Of a stretch of DNA of 64,000 nt, positions 56,201-64,000 are shown one piece after another. Location of the stretch: the NCBI RefSeq assembly GCF_009914755.1, contig NC_060939.1; one strand, written 5' to 3'. The translations under genes were made by a program, and so were the position numbers. The notes beneath the pieces were generated by a model, which was given only the letters and a program-made list of their open reading frames with translations, was not told where the DNA came from and made no database searches. How positions within the stretch are numbered: the first letter of the stretch is position 1; the number at the start of each line of letters is the position of its first letter. The stretch comes from the human T2T-CHM13v2.0 reference genome, Homo sapiens.

Positions 56201-59200
56201 GTACGATTCCTACCGTTCGATTTCATTTTGTTCCAGTCCATTCTTTCGCGTCCATTCCATTCCATTTCACTCCATTCGATTCGATTCCACTCGATTCCAC
56301 TTCGTTCCATTTCATTGCATTCCATTCTATTCAACTCTATTGCCTTCCATTCCATTCCATTCCATTACATTCCATGCGATTCCATTCGAAATCGAATCAA
56401 TTACATTGCAATCCATTACTATTGAGTCCGTTTTATTCCAGTCCACTGCATTCTGGTCCATTCCATTTGATTCCATTCCATTCTATTCCATTCCATACAG
56501 TTGCATTCCATTGGATTCCATGCTATATCTATAAATTCAATTCGAGACCATTGCTTTTGAGTCCATTCTATATGATTCCATTCCATTCAAGTCCATTACA
56601 TTTGGTTAAATTCCATTCCATTCGGTTCAATTCCATTCCATTCCATTCCCTTCCATTCCATTCCAGTTGATATCAATCCATTCGATTCCATTCCATTCGA
56701 GCACATTCCATTCGAGTCCATTCCATTCGATGCCATTCCATTTGATTCTATTCCATTAGTCTCCATTCAATTCCATTAATCTCCATTCCATTCCATTCTA
56801 CTCCAACTGATTCCATTCCATTCTATTCCTTTCCATTCCATTTCATTCCATTCCATTCCATTTCATTCCATTCCATTCCATTCCATTCCATTCGCTTCCA
56901 TTCCATTCGTGTCCATTGCATTCCAGTCCATTCCATTTGTGTCCACTGCATTCCATTCCACTCCATTCCATATTATTCCATTACACTCCATTCCATTCTA
57001 TTACTTTCATTTCCATTGAATTCCATTCCATTTGATTCCATTCCACTCGGTTTCATTCCATTTGAGTCCACTCCACTCCATTCCATTCCATTCCATTCCA
57101 TTCAGTTCCATTCCATTCTGTTCCATTCCATTCCGTTCCATTGCATTCCATTCCATTCGGTACCATTCCATATTGTTCCATTCGATTCCATTCGAATCCA
57201 TTCCATTCCAGTCCATTCCATTCGATTCCATTCCATTCCTTTCAATTCCATTCCATTCCATTCCATTCCACTTGATTCCACTCCATTAACTTCCACTGCA
57301 TTCCATTGCATTGCATTCCATTCCATTGGACTGCATTCCATTCGATTCCATTCCATTCGAATCAATTACATAGCAATCCATTACATTCGAGTCTATTCTA
57401 TTCCGTTCCATTCGATTTCGTTCCAATCCATTCGATTCCATTCCATTCGATTCCATTCCATACTATTGCATTCCATTCTATTACATTATACTCGAATAAG
57501 TTCCATTCAAGACCATTTCTTTTGAGTCCATTCTATTTGAGTCCATTCCCTTTGATTCCATAACATTTGAGTCCATTCAATTCCATTCCTTTCGTTTCCA
57601 TTCCATTTGATGCCATTCCATTCAATTCTGTTCTACTCGACTCCAATACATTCAATTCCATTCCATCCGATTCCATTACATTCTTTTCATTTCTTATCCA
57701 TTTCAAGCCATTCCACTCCATTCCATTCCACTCGTTTCCTTTCCATTCGAGTCCATTCCTCTCCAGTCCATTCCGTTCAATCCATTCCATTCCAGTCCAT
57801 TCCATTCGAGTCCGTTCCATTCCAGTCCATTCCATTCGAGTCAATTCCATCCCATTCGATGTCTTTCCATAACGATCCATTCCATTCTATTCCTTTCGAT
57901 TCCATTCCATTCTATTTCATTCCATTCGATTCCCTTCCATTGGACTCCTTTCCATTCGAGTGCATTCCATTCCGTTCCATTTCTTTCCGTTCTGTACGAT
58001 TCCTACCGTTCGATTTCATTTTTTTCCAGTCCATTCTTTCGCGTCCATTCCATTCCATTTCACTCCATTCGATTCCATTCCACTCGATTCCACTCCGTTC
58101 CATTTCATTGCATTCCATTCTATTCAACTCTATTGCCTTCCATTCCATTCCATTCGATTACATTCCATGCGATTCCATTCGAAATCGAATCAATTACATT
58201 GCAATCCATTACTATTGAGTCCGTTTTATTCCAGTCCACTGCATTCTGGTCCATTCCATTTGATTCCATTCCATTCTATTCCATTCCATACAGTTGCATT
58301 CCATTGGATTCCATGCTATATCTATAAATTCAATTCGAGACCATTGCTTTTGAGTCCATTCTATATGATTCCATTCCATTCAAGTCCATTACATTTGGTT
58401 AAATTCCATTCCATTCGGTTCAATTCCATTCCATTCCATTCCCTTCCATTCCATTCCAGTTGATATCAATCCATTCGATTCCATTCCATTCGAGCACATT
58501 CCATTCGAGTCCATTCCATTCGATGCCATTCCATTTGATTCTATTCCATTAGTCTCCATTCAATTCCATTAATCTCCATTCCATTCCATTCTACTCCAAC
58601 TGATTCCATTCCATTCTATTCCTTTCCATTCCATTTCATTCCATTCCATTCCATTCCATTCCATTCCATTCCATTCCATTCGTGTCCATTCCACTCCAGT
58701 CCATTCCATTCGTATCCATTCCATTCCAGTCCATTCCATTTGTGTCCACTGCATTCCATTCCACTCCATTCCATATTATTCCATTACACTCCATTCCATT
58801 CTATTACTTTCATTTCCATTCAATTCCATTCCATTTGATTCCATTCCACTCGGTTTCATTCCATTTGAGTCCACTCCATTCCATTCCATTCCATTCAGTT
58901 CCATTCCATTCTGTTCCATTCCATTCCGTTCCGTTACATTCCATTCCATTCGGTACCATTCCATATTGTTCCATTCGATTCCATTCGAATCCATTCCATT
59001 CCAGTCCATTCCATTCGATTCCATTCCATTCATTTCAATTCCATTCCATTCCATTCCATTATATTCCTCTTGATTCCTCTCCATTCCCTTCCACTGCATT
59101 CCGTTCGATTCCATTCCATTGCATTGCATTCCATTCCATTGGATTGCATTCCATTCGATTCCATTCCATTCGAATCAATTACATAACAATCCATTACATT

Positions 59201-60450
59201 CGAGTCTATTCTCTTCTGTTCCATTCGATTTCGTTCCAATCCATTCGATTCCATTCCATTCGATTCCATTCCATACTATTGCATTCCATTCGATTACATT
59301 ATATTCGAATAAGTTCCATTCAAGACCATTTCTTTTGAGTCCATTCTATTTGAGTCCATTCCCTTTGATTCCATAACATTTGAGTCCATTCAATTCCATT
59401 CCTTTCGCTTCCATTCCATTTGATGCCATTCCATTCAATTCTGTTCTACTCGACTCCAATACATTCAATTCCATTCCATCCGATTCCATTACATTCTTTT
59501 CATTTCTTATCCATTTCAAGCCATTCCACTCCATTCCATTCCACTCGTTTCCTTTCCATTCGAGTCCATTCCTCTCCAGTCCATTCCGTTCAATCCATTC
59601 CATTCCAGTCCATTCCATTCGAGTCCGTTCCATTCCAGTCCATTCCATTCGAGTCAATTCCATTCCATTCGATGTCTTTCCATAACGATCCATTCCATTC
59701 TATTCCTTTCGATTCCATTCCATTCTATTTCATTCCATTCGATTCCCTTCCATTGGACTCCTTTCCATTCGAGTGCATTCCATTCCGTTCCATTTCTTTC
59801 CGTTCTGTACGATTCCTACCGTTCGATTTCATTTTGTTCCAGTCCATTCTTTCGCGTCCATTCCATTCCATTTCACTCCATTCGATTCGATTCCACTCGA
59901 TTCCACTTCGTTCCATTTCATTGCATTCCATTCTATTCAACTCTATTGCCTTCCATTCCATTCCATTCCATTACATTCCATGCGATTCCATTCGAAATCG
60001 AATCAATTACATTGCAATCCATTACTATTGAGTCCGTTTTATTCCAGTCCACTGCATTCTGGTCCATTCCATTTGATTCCATTCCATTCTATTCCATTCC
60101 ATACAGTTGCATTCCATTGGATTCCATGCTATATCTATAAATTCAATTCGAGACCATTGCTTTTGAGTCCATTCTATATGATTCCATTCCATTCAAGTCC
60201 ATTACATTTGGTTAAATTCCATTCCATTCGGTTCAATTCCATTCCATTCCATTCCCTTCCATTCCATTCCAGTTGATATCAATCCATTCGATTCCATTCC
60301 ATTCGAGCACATTCCATTCGAGTCCATTCCATTCGATGCCATTCCATTTGATTCTATTCCATTAGTCTCCATTCAATTCCATTAATCTCCATTCCATTCC
60401 ATTCTACTCCAACTGATTCCATTCCATTCTATTCCTTTCCATTCCATTTC
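53230..60450 (+). repeat. Two-unit (~3.6 kb) block present in two tandem copies
   Basis: More than 12 private variants are shared at a 3606-3611 bp offset, e.g. tcgcttcc (~53281/~56892), ctccattaac (~53670/~57281), tatactcga (~53876/~57487), tatattcctcttga (~55454/~59060), tttcgcttcc (~55797/~59403). Confidence 0.93.
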
Positions 60451-63400
60451 ATTCCATTCCATTCCATTCCATTCCATTCCATTCCATTCGTGTCCATTCC
60501 ACTCCAGTCCATTCCATTCGTATCCATTCCATTCCAGTCCATTCCATTTGTGTCCACTGCATTCCATTCCACTCCATTCCATATTATTCCATTACACTCC
60601 ATTCCATTCTATTACTTTCATTTCCATTCAAATCCATTCCATTTGATTCCATTCCACTCGGTTTCATTCCATTTGAGTCCACTCCATTCCATTCCATTCC
60701 ATTCAGTTCCATTCCATTCTGTTCCATTCCATTCCGTTCCATTACATTGCATTCCATTCGGTACCATTCCATATTGTTCCATTCGATTCCATTCGAATCC
60801 ATTCCATTCCAGTCCATTCCATTCGATTCCATTCCATTCATTTCAATTCCATTCCATTCCATTCCATTCCATTCCACTTGATTCCTCTCCATTCCCTTCC
60901 ACTGCATTCCGTTCGATTCCATTCCATTGCATTGCATTCCATTCCATTGGATTGCATTCCATTCGATTCCATTCCATTCGAATCAATTACATAGCAATCC
61001 ATTACATTCGAGTCTATTCTCTTCCGTTCCATTCGAGTTCGTTCCAATCCATTCGATTCCATTCCATTCGATTCCATTCCATACTATTGCATTCCATTCG
61101 ATTACATTATATTCGAATAAGTTCCATTCAAGACCATTTCTTTTGAGTCCATTCTATTTGAGTCCATTCCCTTTGATTCCATAACATTTGAGTCCATTCA
61201 ATTCCATTCCTTTCGTTTCCATTCCATTTGATGCCATTCCATTCAATTCTGTTCTACTCGACTCCAATACATTCAATTCCATTCCATCCGATTCCATTAC
61301 ATTCTTTTCATTTCTTATCCATTTCAAGCCATTCCACTCCATTCCATTCCACTCGTTTCCTTTCCATTCGAGTCCATTCCTCTCCAGTCCATTCCATTCA
61401 ATCCATTCCATTCCAGTCCATTCCATTCTAGTCCGTTCCATTCCAGTCCATTCCATTCGAGTCAATTCCATTCCATTCGATGTCTTTCCATAACGATCCA
61501 TTCCATTCTATTCCTTTCGATTCCATTCCATTCTATTTCATTCCATTCGATTCCCTTCCATTGGACTCCTTTCCATTCGAGTGCATTCCATTCCGTTCCA
61601 TTTCTTTCCGTTCTGTACGATTCCTACCGTTCGATTTCATTTTGTTCCAGTCCATTCTTTCGCGTCCATTCATTCCATTTCACTCCATTCGATTCCATTC
61701 CACTCGATTCCACTTCGTTCCATTTCATTGCATTCCATTCTATTCAACTCTATTGCCTTCCATTCCATTCCATTCGATTACATTCCATGCGATTCCATTC
61801 GAAATCGAATCAATTACATTGCAATCCATTACTATTGAGTCCGTTTTATTCCAGTCCACTGCATTCTGGTCCATTCCATTTGATTCCATTCCATTCTATT
61901 CCATTCCATACAGTTGCATTTCATTGGATTCCATGCTATATCTATAAATTCAATTCGAGACCATTGCTTTTGAGTCCATTCTATATGATTCCATTCCATT
62001 CAAGTCCATTACATTTGGTTAAATTCCATTCCATTCGGTTCAATTCCATTCCATTCCATTCCCTTCCATTCCATTCCAGTTGATATCAATCCATTCGATT
62101 CCATTCCATTCGAGCACATTCCATTCGAGTCCATTCCATTCGATGCCATTCCATTTGATTCTATTCCATTAGTCTCCATTCAATTCCATTAATCTCCATT
62201 CCATTCCATTCTACTCCAACTGATTCCATTCCATTCTATTCCTTTTTATTCCATTCCATTCCATTCCATTCCATTCCATTCCATTCGTGTCCATTCCACT
62301 CCAGTCCATTCCATTCGTATCCATTCCATTCCAGTCCATTCCATTTGTGTCCACTGCATTCCATTCCACTCCATTCCATATTATTCCATTACACTCCATT
62401 CCATTCTATTACTTTCATTTCCATTCAATTCCATTCCATTTGATTCCATTCCACTCGGTTTCATTCTATTTGAGTCCACTCCATTCCATTCCATTCCATT
62501 CAGTTCCATTCCATTCTGTTCCATTCCATTCCGTTCCATTACATTGCATTCCATTCGGTACCATGCCATATTGTTCCATTCGATTCCATTCGAATCCATT
62601 CCATTCCAGTCCATTCCATTCGATTCCATTCCATTCATTTCAATTCCATTCCATTCCATTCCATTACATTCCACTTGATTCCTCTCCATTCCCTTCCACT
62701 GCATTCCGTTCGATTCCATTCCATTGCATTGCATTCCATTCCATTGGATTGCATTCCATTCGATTCCATTCCATTCGAATCAATTACATAGCAATCCATT
62801 ACATTCGAGTCTATTCTCTTCCGTTCCATTCGATTTCGTTCCAATCCATTCGATTCCATTCCATTCGATTCCATTCCATACTATTGCATTCCATTCGATT
62901 ACATTATATTCGAATAAGTTCCATTCAAGACCATTTCTTTTGAGTCCATTCTATTTGAGTCCATTCCCTTTGATTCCATAACATTTGAGTCCATTCAATT
63001 CCATTCCTTTCGTTTCCATTCCATTTGATGCCATTCCATTCAATTCTGTTCTACTCGACTCCAATACATTCAATTCCATTCCATCCGATTCCATTACATT
63101 CTTTTCATTTCTTATCCATTTCAAGCCATTCCACTCCATTCCATTCCACTCGTTTCCTTTCCATTCGAGTCCATTCCTCTCCAGTCCATTCCGTTCAATC
63201 CATTCCATTCCAGTCCATTCCATTCGAGTCCGTTCCATTCCAGTCCATTCCATTCGAGTCAATTCCATTCCATTCGATGTCTTTCCATAACGATCCATTC
63301 CATTCTATTCCTTTCGATTCCATTCCATTCTATTTCATTCCATTCGATTCCCTTCCATTGGACTCCTTTCCATTCGAGTGCATTCCATTCCGTTCCATTT

Positions 63401-64000
63401 CTTTCCGTTCTGTACGATTCCTACCGTTCGATTTCATTTTCTTCCAGTCCATTCTTTCGCGTCCATTCCATTCCATTTCACTCCATTCGATTCCATTCCA
63501 CTCGATTCCACTTCGTTCCATTTCATTGCATTCCATTCTATTCAACTCTATTGCCTTCCATTCCATTCCATTCGATTACATTCCATGCGATTCCATTCGA
63601 AATCGAATCAATTACATTGCAATCCATTACTATTGAGTCCGTTTTATTCCAGTCCACTGCATTCTGGTCCATTCCATTTGATTCCATTCCATTCTATTCC
63701 ATTCCATACAGTTGCATTTCATTGGATTCCATGCTATATCTATAAATTCAATTCGAGACCATTGCTTTTGAGTCCATTCTATATGATTCCATTCCATTCA
63801 AGTCCATTACATTTGGTTCAATTCCATTCCATTCGGTTCAATTCCATTCCATTCCATTCCCTTCCATTCCATTCCAGTTGATATCAATCCATTCGATTCC
63901 ATTCCATTCGAGCACATTCCATTCGAGTCCATTCCATTCGATGCCATTCCATTTGATTCTATTCCATTAGTCTCCATTCAATTCCATTAATCTCCATTCC

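Larger units (their letters stand above)
1..64000 (+). repeat. Human satellite III (HSat3) tandem array, CATTC strand on +, ~35.5 copies of a ~1.8 kb unit
   Basis: The entire window is diverged (CATTC)n with variants such as CATTT, GATTC, GAGTC, CAGTC and AATTC. The + strand is strongly G-poor with no strand switch. A fixed landmark (left end of the repeated 115-aa minus-strand pseudo-ORF) recurs at 1246, 3054, 4862, 7035, 8848 ... 61154, 62951: 35 copies, modal spacing 1808 bp. Confidence 0.99.

Noticed and set aside
43-63881. Hundreds of ORFs (FHSIP-rich on +, MEWNG-rich on -), up to 308 aa
   Set aside because: These are the expected translations of (CATTC)n/(GAATG)n, which has no stop codon in any frame. 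They overlap in multiple frames, repeat with the unit, are freely frameshifted by 5-bp and 1-bp indels, and show no domain or splice structure.
1-64000. CRISPR-like or other repeat-spacer system
   Set aside because: There are no unique spacers and no cas-like ORFs; all sequence derives from the pentamer.
1-64000. Embedded transposon, gene, inversion or non-satellite insert
   Set aside because: Landmark spacing accounts for all bases. The only large excess (365 bp at ~6 kb) is duplicated satellite. There is no GGAAT-strand block, poly(A) tail or target-site duplication.
1-64000. Assignment to HSat2 (chr1 ~1.8 kb unit) or DYZ1 (~3.6 kb unit)
   Set aside because: Long (CATTC)n runs dominate and the HSat2-type CATTCGATGATG motif is not seen. 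The basic period is 1.8 kb; the 3.6 kb period at 53-60 kb is only a local dimer.
1-64000. Array homogeneity as an assembly collapse or artefact
   Set aside because: Units carry distinct, hierarchically shared variants, and duplicated blocks differ at several sites, as expected of a real resolved array. Read-level validation was not possible here.

Overview
The whole 64 kb window is one uninterrupted, single-orientation array of classical satellite III (HSat3, diverged (CATTC)n / (GGAAT)n). It is organised as about 35.5 tandem copies of a highly homogeneous ~1.8 kb unit (modal 1808 bp, range 1774-1818, one unit of 2173). Every unit carries one KpnI site (GGTACC). This matches the established description of the human chr15p satellite D15Z1 (1.8 kb KpnI repeat, HSat3A5); the locus assignment is from recall, not from an alignment. 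I found no genes, RNA genes, transposons, CRISPR arrays, inversions or non-satellite insertions, and the listed ORFs are translation artefacts of the pentamer. I cannot support a novel biological system here. What the sequence does show is the array's evolutionary structure: a ~370-380 bp intra-unit duplication, 2-, 3- and 4-unit block duplications, a minority unit subtype that looks ancestral, divergent patches resembling conversion tracts, a hypervariable pure-CATTC tract in each unit, and a cryptic ~980+828 bp dimer inside the 1.8 kb unit. Coordinates were read by eye and block boundaries are approximate.
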